Of a stretch of 64,000 nt of DNA, positions 13,121 through 25,797 are shown one piece after another. Made by a program: the position numbers and the translations under genes. Position 1 is the first letter of the stretch; every line of letters starts with the position of its first letter. The notes beneath the pieces are model-generated. The model saw nothing but the letters and a program-made list of their open reading frames with translations. It did no database searches and was not told where the DNA came from. The DNA comes from Rhynchobatus australiae (taxonomy: Eukaryota), in NCBI GenBank assembly GCA_034780895.1, contig JAUZTB010000011.1, positions 50,021,798-50,085,797 of the forward strand, given 5' to 3'.

Positions 13121-16100
13121 CAGGTGGGCTTGAGAGGTAACCAATAGTTTAGAACAAATGGACTCTGACAGACCAGACTTACTGACTACAGCTCTAGAAT
13201 ACAGTAGTCATGGCAAATGAAAGATTATGGTTACTGTTTCACTTCCCGAGAAAGTGATTACAGCAGAGAAAGAAGTGCCTCCTTGCAGAAGACCAGGTGT
13301 TGTTATCAAGGTAGGGGTTTGGAGCAATCCAGCAGATGGAATTTGATAATAGCCCATCTGATGCAGAGTGTGTGTGACCAAAAGGTAAGCTAACCAGCTA
13401 AATGTGATGTCTTCCAAAGAGGAAGCCAGGACAGTACATGCAATGTTTGATGTTGAGCCAGGAGCTGTGGAGAATTCACATACAAGTGAATGGGAAGGTA
13501 ATAACCAGCTATGATGGGGGTGTAGCACAAATTGGTAATGTACCTTTCTCAGCATAGATTTTTTTTCCCAAAAGCCATGGTTTGTTTGTTCAAACGTTTG
13601 CCAGCAAGAGCTGTTGACAAGTTTACTTGGCCACAGGTCAGCAAGTAAATGCAAACATTACATTAAAATAATAGTGATATACTTTGTCCATTATGTAAGC
13701 ATTGGAGGAGGTCACCACAAGGTGGAAGGACAAATCTGCAAAGCAAATCATTAATCAAACCCAAAAAGTAGACCTTGCTGGGATGTCCTAAGTGGAGACA
13801 GTCCATCCTAGCAGCCTGGACTGAGAGCTAGACTTGAGGGTATTTTTTGGCAGTGATTTTTGGATTTTTAAAGCAGTGATTATATTCACATTCCTCAGTG
13901 CCAGTTTGGAGGAAGAATCCCTAACTTGGTCAGTGTGAGGCAGTCAGTGGATGAGATTACACAAGTGTTGTGGAAAGAGTCTGATTACCTACAGGGTTTC
14001 TAATAATGGAGTTACAAAATAGGTTGAATCATGATCTGATAGAGCTAGATGGCTAAAGGAAGGAATGTATTGCCTTGTGGAAGTAATTTGAATTTTGAAG
14101 ATCCCATAAATGATCTAGTTCAACGCATTGTGGCGTGTACCAAGAATGGCTGAAAGCAGTAACGATTGAATTGTAAACAGTGCAAAGAATTTGGTGGGTT
14201 GGTTGGNNNNNNNNNNNNNNNNNNNNNNNNNNNNNNNNNNNNNNNNNNNNNNNNNNNNNNNNNNNNNNNNNNNNNNNNNNNNNNNNNNNNNNNNNNNNNN
14301 NNNNNNGCAAAGAATTTGGTGGGTGGGTTGGAGAGGAGGGGAAGGAGGAGGAGAGATTGGGGCACAATTACTTCCTACTTCCACAGGAACAGAAGGCAAG
14401 AGGAGAAAATCCAATGTTCATAGGAACTCAAGATGTGGGACAATGAAAATAATGGCACAAAGATGAGCCTTGAGAAATCAGTTAACAAAAAATGTGGTTG
14501 AGTTAGTGTTTAATGATGTTAAATATAATATTGTTTTCAGTACAAGTATCATTAATCTGTGTAAAGTTTAGTGTTGCAATTTTTAAAATGTTAGGCAATA
14601 TACTTTTAGTTGTGTTTAGTTAAGGTAACTAATTTAAAGTACTGTGTTTGTTATGTATGAAGATAGGGAAGTGATCTAAAGGAAGCAATGGAACCTGAAA
14701 TGGTTACTGTAAAGCTGTTCAGTCTAACTTTTAGCATAGAGTTTGTAGATCAGAACGCAAAAGAAATTGAGTAGATTTGTTTAGTACATTTGTAGATTAA
14801 TTGTTTGCCTTTTTTTTTAAGAGGTAGCAGTATGGTATCAGATTTGCCCACATCTGTTCCACCTGTATCTATCACCATTGTGGATATTGAGGTTATAATG
14901 TGTGTGTTTGGTGGGGAGGGTCTGTGTGTACAATGCTAAGTCCCAATGAAATTGACAGGGAATATACTTTGTGATGGGTAGCTGGGAGAGGGGATAATGT
15001 TGCCACTGTGGAGATGTTGAGAAGGGAGGGCTCGATTGTCATTGGAAATGATCTGGGTGGGCAGTTTGCCTATGGAGAGGATATGGGGAGAACTGGTTCA
15101 GAATTAGCTTTGGGGATTAGAGGGTGGCTAGGAGGCTAAATCAAGGAAATGATCATGAGGGGAAATAGGGAATCAAGTTCGGAGAGATGATGGAAGGAGG
15201 GTATATCATTTGAGAAACTAGATCTAATTTCAGTAAGTGGGCTACTGGAGAGCACAGTACCAGATTGTTGTTTTTCCCCAAAACACAAATGTCAAGAATT
15301 TTTAAGTTATTTATATTGGATTAAGTTGCTCCTTTTTGTTTTTATTCTATTTGACACAATGGTCTAGTAAACTTAGTGCACCAATATCAGCATTAAAAAA
15401 TTACTACCTTCAAATAAGGGGAGGCCTGAGTGAAACAGTATTTTAACACCTCTGCAGGGATGAAGTGAAGTTGTGCAGTTACTCTCACTCATCTGAAAGC
15501 TTGGTGATTATGGCTTCAAAATGGTGCCTGAGAATAGGATGGATGTTTTTTTCTTGCTAATTGTAGAAGATCTAAAGGGAAGGATAAAATGTAGTAATAG
15601 AAAAGAGTAGGAGGGATAACATCAAAGTGTTGACTTTTTTTAAAATGGGAAGGTGTGGTGGATTTAAGGTTTACATCAACTGCATTGAAGAAAGCACATT
15701 ATACCAGATTTGCCTTGGGAAAATCCTGTTGCTGTCCTGAAAGCTTGCTTCCTTTACTTCAAAAACTGGCTTGGCTTGGCTCCTGATCAGTTAACTGTCA
15801 CAGACCTTGTCCTCCAGGTTTGTTGGAGAATGCTGGCCGAAAAAGACTGATAATAGCTCTGTTTATGTTCAGACTGGAAAATCTGTTTAACTGTTGTTTT
15901 TCCTGTCTGAAAATGAAAATTGGACACTTTTGCTATGACACATACAGCTGTTGGATGCACTCTTCAACATAAAACCTACAGTGTCTTTGCAGATTTTGAT
16001 GAGTCTGCCTTGCCACTTCTGTTGCCGTTATTAAAGTGACAGTCTATGGATATGCCTTATGAAGCAAAATTTTCCAGGATGTGTTTTATACTTAGAGCAG

Positions 16101-18099
16101 ATGGATTGGATTAGAAGTTTTTTTGCTGTTAAAACCCTTATTGAGCTTTATAGCAGTAAAACATTGTATGTATAAATGTCTTGATGAACCAGGACACCTG
16201 CTGTAATTCACACTTGAGTTGATTCTTTGGCATCCAACTAGTGATATTTACAGCTTGTTCATTTTTGAATGAATAGACAAATTTCCCAGTATAAAGTGCT
16301 CAGTTCTACATCAGAATAAATACTAGGGAAGTGCCATTCTGATTGTTTGTTTGGTTTTTTTTGGACAATTCTGTTCCACTATGTCGCTGAGCTGATTTAA
16401 AATATTCATATTTGGGATTAAAAATAATTGTTTATGAAATATTGAGAGTCATGGTTGGCAATTTTCCGGAGATGTGTACAGGTCATAAATTTGGAAACTA
16501 CTTAGCTGGTCTGTTCAAATAGGCCAAGCGCTCAAATCAGTGGAGCAACAAAGCAGGTGGCCTCCAGTCTGAAGACCACCAATTTTGGGTATATCTGGTA
16601 ACATTGTGATATAAATCTAGTTTGCTACAAACATATAATTTTACTAGGTTTGTTATAGCCATGCCCTTAAATCTGCAAACTGCATGTTAGTAAATGGGCA
16701 ACTGTTCGGTCATGCCAACAAAGCGGGCAGCTTAAGCAAAGGAACTCCGTTCATACAGATTCCCTCAAGGCACCAACATCTGAAACAGAGGTGTAAAAAC
16801 AAACATTTCGGTTTAAAGGAAATAAGTCTTCCATTTTTTTTTCTCACTACTTTCTATATTTTCTCTCCTCCCACCCTGCCACCACTAAAAGAAATTCTGT
16901 TATTTGTGTTTCTCTGAATCAGAACTAATTTAACATTTGAAGGATTGAAAAAAATATATTGTGCCATCTCTTCTGGCATCCACTCACCAGGATGGGGTTT
17001 ATGGCCAGGCATGCAGTGATGTTTGCAATGGGCACAAAGTGGATATTTTATATGCTAGTTTTCTGTAAATTATTCCAAATTTGCAAACAATCCAATTTTC
17101 TGATTTGCTGTTTTGCAAATAGATATTGGAAATATCTATTTCAGTGTGAATATTTTAAATGGGATTTACTATATGGCATGAACTGTCACCTTTGTTATTT
17201 GACTCAGACTTATTCCTATCGTAAATGAAGATTGAAACTTTATTCTGCCTTTGTTCAGGCACTCTGATAAGTGGGTGGTCATGAAATCATTGTTCCGTAA
17301 TCAGGAACATTCAGCAAATTAAATGAGTGGAGGAAAGTTCTTTTTAAGAGAAAAACAAAAATGGATAGTTAATAAATTATTGTAATTCTTGAAGTTGAAA
17401 GCAGTTAAATTAATCACGCATTAACTTGAACTGGAGTGGAAGTTACTGGATCTGATGGTTGATTTGTTGGAATGTTGCAGCCTACCTTCAGTTTTGTTTT
17501 GTGTGCAAGTCCAAACAGCTCAAATTGTGGGATAGTTCCCCTCTTCACTCCCTCCCCCTCTGTTACGTCGACATGGGGACCTGATTTGCTTCAAGGCACA
17601 AATTGACGAAGTGTGAGCATGTCTTGATGAGTCAACTATTGATTTTGATAATGTATGATCAAAATATCAATCCATGGAAGATTTTGATGTATGTTCTCAC
17701 TTTGTAGGCTCGAGTTGGCTGAAGTTGAGGCCAGCTGAAAGCTTTTAAGTTCTGTCTTAATGTGTTCTCCCCAAAATATTTTTTTAAAGTGGAGATTTCC
17801 TGAGAGCATTTAAAGCCTGCTTAAATGTTTAATGTTGGAGTACCTAGTAATTTTACAAAGCTCTTACTACCTTTTTGTTTTGTCATCCAGCCGACAGAAC
17901 TGTACTGTGTAAAGCGTTTATTCTTTTAATGTAGTTTCCATGACTAACAAACTCCTGGCAGAGAAGGAAGATAAGGAAGGAGTTGGATGTGTGGGTGAGG
18001 AGGGAACAAATAGCTGTAGGGAAATGTGCCATTGAAACCATGTGCAGGTCCTGGCTTTGACCTCTGCAGCCCTTTCCTGAAGGGGGCCCCCATCTAGTT

Positions 18100-18320
18100 T
18101 GAGCAATTTTTTTTCTGAGACGAATGATGAAGGGAAAAAGAAAAATTGGCAGCTCTTTGATCAGCAGAGCGAAAACAGTGAGCGTGCAAGCAAATGGCCT
18201 TTGTTTGTGGGAAATGCTGAGTCAGGACCTGTCCTCACTGGAAGCTGAGAACAAGACTGGACAGTCACCAAATGATTAGGCAAACAAAGCAGTAATGGAT
18301 TTTTTTCCTCGTTGGGGGAG
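18100..18320. promoter_or_regulatory. Candidate intronic enhancer (motif cluster)
   Basis: CTTTGT (18199-18204), TGTGGGAA (18206-18213) and TGCTGAGTCA (18215-18224) abut one another, with AACAAAG at 18283-18289. The surrounding stretch has no repeats I recognise. Confidence 0.4.
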
Positions 18321-19349
18321 GGGATTTTTTGTTCAAGGATGAATGTTAACAGTCACAGTTTCTGTTTACCTACCAATGCTTGAGCACATCTGATAAAGCA
18401 CTTTCTCAAAGTGAAGGCAGGGGAATGGGGATGGTGGTGGTCACTTCCTCTCCCCACAGAAATCCTATTGAACTTTTTGAAGGGAATAGACAGTGTTACT
18501 CATTTGATGCCATGGATTGATCGCAAAAATAGCTGCGTCAAATTTGTTGTCCCTTCCCCCTATAAATAATTTTTTTTCTTGCCTGCACTTTTTTTTTTGA
18601 AAGCTAGCTGGGATCTGAATATAAGTGAACCCCAATGAAACTTTTAAATACAGCTTTTACGAGGGCTAGTTTAATGCTCCCTTTACAAATTATTAGTTTG
18701 ACACAATTGTTAGTGCCTACACCAGAATCAATAGGTTGTGATTTTTAAATCCCCACATGAGGTATGTGCATTTGGTTGAAGTATTATGGCAGTGCTGAAT
18801 TGTTGGTAAGTCTGAGGTTTTAATGTTGCCAATCTTTTTCTTGTATTTCACTGTTGGACTATACTAATGGGATAACAATCAGTAGCCCTTTGTTGCTTGA
18901 GAGAAAAATCAAACAGCTCCTAATGTCCACAGTAGAACTGAGTGATTGTATTAGTATGTTTCTCACTTCTAAAATCTTTGTTCTGTATTAGCGCTCTCAA
19001 TTCTACCTTGTTTTTCTCTCTGAGATGACCACCTTCATCTTTCCCTCTTTACTGCACTAAATAACTTTATCAGCTGTCTAATCTACATTTCAATTTGCCT
19101 GTTTCTTTTATTTTATCTTTATCCTCTATTGCAGATGCAGCCATTTATGACTGCTACCTCCTATTCTTCAGTCTAAATCCCCACTGCCCCTTTCAACACC
19201 ACTTTTCTCCTATGTCTATTTCAAGTCACTTAATGTTTTTTCCAGCTGCTGACTGCCAACCCTAACTTTGCATTTATTGCATTACTCTCAATCTGGTTAA
19301 TTGCTTTCCCACCTTCACTCATGTTCCTGGCTTTCCTATTTGCTCATAC

Positions 19350-20400
19350 AAATTAGGAACAGGAGTAGGCCTGCTCTGCCATTTTAATAAGATCATGGTG
19401 ATCTGATTTGTCACCTTAAACACACCTCCCCCTTCTTTCACCCACTTGCTTCATGAGTATTTATCAAATATTCATAATCTCTGCTTCCACTGCCCTTTTG
19501 AGGAAGAGAGTACGAAAGACTTTGTGGCAGTTTTGACAGGAAAAGAAATTCACTTCATTAAATAGACGTCCCTCTTTCTTTGAAGTGACTCCCAATTCTA
19601 GATCCTCCAAGAGGAAACATCCTTGGGTATCCACCCTGTCCAGACCCCTTATGATCTTGTATGTTTAAATCAAATCTCTTCACTGTTTTTAAAACTCTAG
19701 CCTATTCAGCCTTTCTCCAATGACAGCCTGCCCATTCAGTCTAGTAACCAGCTCTGAACTGCTTCCAATGTCTTAACACACTTTTTAAAAAAAAAAATCT
19801 GCGCAGCACACAATACACCAGATGTGGTCTCACCAATGCCCTGAATAACTGAATCATTACCTCCATACTATTTTTATACCTCTAACAACAAACATCTTTC
19901 TGTTACTTTCCCTTTTACTTGCTACACTGGCCTTTCATGAATCATGCACTTGGACACCAAGGTGTCTCTGCATCTCAGAACCCTGCAATTTCTCAGTATT
20001 TGGGTAATGTTTTTCATTTCTCCAGTCAAAATGGACAATTTCATATTTTCTTTAGAGTCCATTTACCAGATCTTTGCCCATTCCCTTCGTTGCCTCTCTT
20101 CACAACTCGCTTTCCTAGTTCTTTGTCTCACCATCAAATTTAGCAACCGTGTTTTCAGTGCTTTTATGCAGGTCGTTGATATAAATTGTAGAAACATTCC
20201 CACTGATCTCTGTGGGATACCACTTGTTACATCTTGCCAACCAGAAGACCATTGATGTATAGTCTTTCCTATTAACCACTGAAATTCATATACCAGCAAA
20301 TAACCTCCTGTGCCATGAGCTTTTATTTTCCACAATAATTATTGATGCAGCATCTTATCAAGTGGCTTCTGGAAATCTAAGTATCATACATCCATGTTGA
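19350..20400 (-). mobile_element. CR1-type LINE 3' portion
   Basis: Starts with a typical CR1 3' end (aggaacaggagtaggcc...aataagatcatgg). ORF 20063..20335 contains KIKAHG...SSGWQDVTSGIPQ (reverse transcriptase GVPQG region). Confidence 0.85.
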
Positions 20401-20409
20401 TATAACTAA

Positions 20410-21720
20410 GAATAGTTCACCTTGGATAGGGTTCCATTTAGTGGGAGGTGACTTTAGTGTCGCCATGCATCACAAGATCTGGCTGGACCACGGCAAGTGG
20501 TGTTTCCCTCAATTCAGCTAAAAAAAATTTTGCTGGTCTAAAATTTCTGACCTATTTTCTGAAGCCTTTCTGTTATGTTCACATATCCTGGACCACAGTT
20601 GTCTTTAACATGTATCATGAAATTTTTTTTATCATCACCACTATTGAGACTATCTTTTCAACTTCTTTGCATGTTAACTCCCTCCATGTCTTTTTGGACC
20701 CTTTTAAGAACACAGCTCCCTGGTTTGTGCTAATGGGATTCACCATCTGTTTTATTTTCTTGTATCCAGTTTTTTTGTCTGATTCAACTTCTGAATTTGT
20801 TGTCCTTGCATACTCTGCTGCACTCCTCGTTGGACCTTGGGTGATACCTGGCATGCTAGCCATTGTAGGTCACAAAGAATAGAATATGGTGGAATTTGGA
20901 TCCGCCACTTGATGCACAGCATTTCACGGATGTCAGCTTTAAGCTACCAGATGCATTGTAGCTCTCATTTAGCATGAAGGTAGTGTTACATAACTAAATG
21001 GAGGATGTCTGTCCTCAGTGTGAACGTGGGGTTGTGTTTCCATGAGGATTCTTCTGGTTGGCAAGATGGTCACTCCCATTAGTGCTGTCATAGACTTCCA
21101 CCTGCTGCTTAGATGGGTGAGGGCAAGGTTGTAGGTTTATGCCTTGCTTTGCTTCACTTGCCACCTGTCATAGACATAACCTGGCAGGTCCTTCAGTGCC
21201 CAGCCAGGACAGGAACTAGTGGCGTTACCAAGCCAGTCATTGTGATGGACATTGAAGCGCTCTCTCCCCCCCACCCAAAGTATTTTTTGTCCCTTTTGCT
21301 CCCTTCAGTGCTTCTTTCAAATGTCCTTCAGCATGAAGAGGAATTAGTAATCAAGAGGAAGTCTCCTTGCCTGTGACTGGCTTAATGCCATGAGATTTTG
21401 TTGAGTGTGCAATCAATACTGAAGACTCCCAAGAGCCATTCCCTCCTGCTTGTATACAGTTGTACCACCACCTCTCGTTTGTCTGCTGTAATCTTGAAAG
21501 GAAGTACCAAGGGAAGATAATGAAGGAGTCTGGCATAATATCAGTAAGGCATTCTGTGAGGTGATCACATCAAGGTGTTACTTGGTCTGAAGGAGAGCTC
21601 TTCTACTTCGAACAACAGGTCCCAGGTGATCGTGAGGAGTCCTTGCCAGCTTGCCTTCGAGTGACTTCGAAATTGACTGGCTGGGTCATTGGTTGGTAGT
21701 CCATCTGGTTTCATTCTTAG
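20410..21720 (-). mobile_element. Decayed CR1/L2-group LINE ORF2 (endonuclease to tether region)
   Basis: Frameshifted minus translation includes YKKIKQM...KDNCGPG...ELRETPLAV, resembling KAxGPD...ELAxPL. It appears related to the + strand copy at 37900-38800. Confidence 0.55.
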
Positions 21721-22579
21721 TGGAGCAAATCCTCCAAGGAGAACTGTATTAAATCTGTCAGTGGATGTACCCATAACTGGGCAATTCTGAATCAATAGCT
21801 GTAGCACAATCATCCACTTAACAGAGTGCTGGCTACAGTAATGTAGTCTAACAGGCAGTGCAAACTTCTGCCTTTCAGGCTGCTAAACCCACTCCAGGTT
21901 AACCTGACATGTTCAGCAAGGTGATTGAAATGCAGAAAATGTGGCTGAGGGAGAAAGGCGAGTAAAGACTTTTAATTGATTTAATTTAGGCTGTTTAAAC
22001 TTTTTAATTGTTTTCAGTATTTGCAATTTTATTCAATTTTTCTGAAGAGTTCTAACTTGAATTTTAGCAGGTCCTGAATGTTTGTCAAAGTCATTCACTT
22101 CAACAGATTTGACAGCAGTGTGCCAGTTAAAAGGGTGGGCTTTGTCTGTGTCAACACTGTTCTCGTCATTGCAGCCAGCCACTTGGGCAGAAGAGGCCCG
22201 GCACTGATCCACACCATGTCTGTGTGTGGCAATCAGGTGAGAAGAAGGTCTGCCCCAATGTGTTTCATTTCAAGAGTTCAGATGTAACTGAACATTGCTG
22301 GGCCATTTTTGGAGGGTAGTTAATTATATGTGGTGTAGGTGTCAGGGATAACACCCATGTTATAAACTACCATGTTATAAGTGGAATGAACATGTATCAA
22401 ATTTTGGTCTTGTGGGTTGTATTAACATCTGCAGGCTATCTTAAAACTTGACATAAGGTGTGTTATATTGATGTTGCACTATCGTTACAGATTTGGAATG
22501 GCAAAGTTGGGTAAGGGAAGCAGATTCTGTATACTGAAGTTTGAAAGAAATTAGTGATATGGGTGACTTGCTTTGCCTG

Positions 22580-22820
22580 AGCTCCAACAAATGGCAATAA
22601 TCAAATAATCTGTGATGTTGATAGAGAAATATTGGTCGGCAATGGCATAAGGAATCATTTAACTTGTTAAAAATAGTGCCTTTGAATCTTGTGCCTCTTC
22701 CCAAGAGAACAGCAGGGAAGATGCAAAAGATTCAAAGGCACTATTTTAAAAAGATGAGAGGTTAAACCCAAAAATACTGCAGTGGGGTGCCCACCTAGAT
22801 TTTTGTCAGAGCTAGAAAAA
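22580..22820 (-). mobile_element. Deu-domain SINE remnant containing an inverted duplication
   Basis: aataatctgtgatgttgatagagaaatattgg...aaatagtgcc...atactgcagtggggtgcccacctagattttt follows the recalled DeuSINE/SacSINE1 consensus in reverse. Confidence 0.55.
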
Positions 22821-23579
22821 AATACTGAAAGAAATTGCAACTGAATTTGGAGGTTCTGTTTTCCTCTGGCCAGGATTAGGCTGGTTACTTTGTTTTTAAA
22901 AAAAGACAAGGGGCCAAGTTGTGCTGAAAATTGCTTGGATTGGAACAGCCAGAGTTCAGGCATGGAAACCTGGAGTTGACCTTTACACACGTGCTATGAA
23001 AAGCCTAGTCCAGAGCTGATCATCAGCTTTGGTGGACTGATCAGTCAGCTCATTCCACCATGGTTCTGAATGTCACATTCTTACCCAAATAACAGGAACC
23101 ACAGTAAAATGCCGCTGCCATTGAACTCTATTTGGAGTCCCATGATGGAGTGAGCTCTGAGACCACATTTGATGATATTGGAGTTTGTAGGGTATGTTTA
23201 AGAAGCATCAGGGATGATAAATTAGATTTTTTTAATTAAAGATCTTTTTCCTTTGGCCTTTTCACTTTTTAATATTTTTAAAAACTTTAGTTTTAAAATC
23301 CCTTTTGGAAATCCATGATATGTAAATAGTTAAAATTAATGGCACCTTTGATGGAAGGTGAAGCACTACTCCAGCATTTCAGGGTATTGGGTCAGTAAGG
23401 TCCAATCTAGTATTTTTACAATGATCTGAAACTACTTCACCCTCCTATATGCATCTTCATTCCATCTTTCCAAGCAACATATGAGGCTGTTCAGCTTGCT
23501 GAATCTGTTTGCTGTCAAAGCAGTCCCATTCCCCATTCCACCTATTCTCTCTCATATAACACTCCCCCGATTCTCAAAC

Positions 23580-23745
23580 CTGCCATCTATAGTAGGGGTA
23601 ATTTACCTAACGATCACGTTTTTTTGGAATGTGTGATGAAATCTATGCATCATAGAATGTGAAAACTCCACACTGTAAGCGCTGGAGGTCAGGATTAAAC
23701 CCACACCCTTGGAGTTGTGAGACAGCTGCATGTCCTGCAGTGCCA
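23580..23745 (-). mobile_element. V-SINE (HE1-like) fragment
   Basis: tttggaatgtgtgatgaaa...aaactccacac...ggaggtcaggattaaaccc...ggagttgtgag. Reverse of the copy at 42895. Confidence 0.65.
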
Positions 23746-25797
23746 TTTATGTGCACCAGGATTTTCTAACATAACTTCAAGACTTTCGCCTATTTGTTGG
23801 AATAGACTGCTGAAATTCAAAATGGCTCATGCTAAAGCTAAAATGTTGGTGGTGTGTGATCAATGTGTATAGGTTCTCCAAGCAGCACAAACTGGGTGAT
23901 AATGGGCACACTGAGAGTTGGGAAATTCAACATCTAAAATTGTGTTTATTGCTAAATATTTTTAACAATCACAGTTGACATAGTAGATAAATATTAAGTC
24001 AGTCTTTTACTTTATTGGAATACTCTGTGAATGGAAGTGCTCTGCATATAAAACAATGGTTTGAATCATAAAAGCAACATCCTATGTTTCCTGTTTACCT
24101 AGCTAAAACTGGTTCCCTTATCACATTACAGAATCTCATTTTATAGCTAATCTGTTTCTAACTTGATTGTGCTTGTGAATATGGTTTGTTTTTTCCCTTA
24201 AGAATCATTGAATTGCAAACATTAATGTTTTTCCATTTTGCTGTAGAGTTAAATTAAAAACTGACTTGTTTCAGTTAAAACTGATGCCAAGCTAGTTGAA
24301 TGTTGAACTTCTTGCAGATCATCAAAATAGCCATGTCTCCTCTGCAGTACATTTGAGAAAGAGGATCTGTTCCAAATAGTTTTATTGGGGTTGAATGCAG
24401 AGTTCTGTCGAACAAATAATTCTGCAATGAATCTAATTTGGAATAGTCTGACTTTTGACACTGAGCCAATTCAACCAATGAAATTCTGATTAGTTCAAAT
24501 TTGGCACTTGACTCTTCACCCAATTATTCTAAATTTATTTTCTGCTTTGTAAACTTTATTTTCCACTTGTCTAGCAGTGAACCCCAACATCTGCCAAGTA
24601 TCCCTTTTTTATACCAATGAGGGGCATGTATCTATTATCACAAATTGCAAAATAAATTTGGTTCATCACAAAATCTTAATTGTGCTATTGAATAAACTGA
24701 TTTCAGGAATTTATTTGCTTTGAATATCCAGTGTCTTGGTCCATTTATGGGTATAGAACTTAAATTTTGATTTGGCACCATACCATCTTAGTAGCGCATT
24801 GTTCACTTGCTGTTTTCCGATTGCCCATACATGCTTTATAACACCGGTTCAGGGTAGATTTGAAAAAGACTGAAACCACAGGTTTTCCTCCTGTGGTCTG
24901 CTATCTAGATGTTGGCAGTGCTGAATTTAACAATATAAATGCAAATAGTCTTCTAATAGACATTGATTTGTTGGAATCTGGCCTGAAGTTGCTTGTACAA
25001 CATTAGCTTTTGATGCAATATCATGTTATGCCAAACTTGTGACCTTGGCTTTAGTGCATTTCCAAGTGGAAGTGCAAAGTAATGGGGTCATGCTTAGGTT
25101 TTACCTAAATGTAGTACTTAGGCTCTTTTGTTTTTGTAGCAGTGTGGAGGTTTTGCAATACTGTATATCTGTATAAATAGGCAAATCTGATCTTTTCCAG
25201 AACCTGATGTGTTGTCCTATATTGGTTGAACATAGGGTTGCAAAGGCAAATTTTATCTTCAGCTTACAAATGTAATTTTATGTGCATGCAAGGGAGAGAG
25301 ATTTCTGATTTTTTTTCCATTGATGCATTTTAAGAAGACTAATCTTCTGGTCACAGTGTGTCTTGGAAGTGCTTCACTTACAGCAGATTGGTGTGCAGTC
25401 AGTCATGTAGACCTACATTGAAACACAGGAATGAATTGAATGATCATGTTTGGTGGTGTTGATTGAGGGGAAAGTTTTAGTCAGGAAAACAGGATCTCCC
25501 TGCTCTTGCGGTGCTAGGAAGCTTTAGAGGTAATATGCTTGAACTTCTAAGCAAGATTAGAGTCCTTGGGATTGATAGAAAACTGGTTAAAAGACAAAAG
25601 CAGAGTGTGCTGGTCAATTTGTTGTTCAGATTGGAAGTGTATCCAATGCTGTGGAAGATGTAACATTATAAATAGTGCGAGATTTGAGTTCTGCTCTGGA
25701 CCTTACACTTCTGGAAGCGTGTCAAGACCTTCATGAGAAATTACTGTAGTTGTACTGGTGTTGAGGAACAATTAATGAAAGGAGTCTAGAGAAGATG

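Noticed and set aside
14182-14331. Direct repeat gcaaagaatttggtgggt.ggttgg around a gap
   Set aside because: Same artefact; the one-base difference suggests allelic contig ends.
18120-18250. ATGATGA...CTGA as a possible C/D box snoRNA
   Set aside because: The terminal stem is poor and I recognise no rRNA or snRNA antisense element.
20448-20882. 144-aa hydrophobic ORF resembling a membrane protein, and the opposite-strand 82-aa ORF considered as piggyBac-like or viral
   Set aside because: Better explained as the antisense shadow and decayed frame of a LINE ORF2 that continues to about 21720.
24249-24523. Overlapping minus-strand ORFs with faint hAT-dimerisation-like residues
   Set aside because: The similarity is too weak to support without a search.
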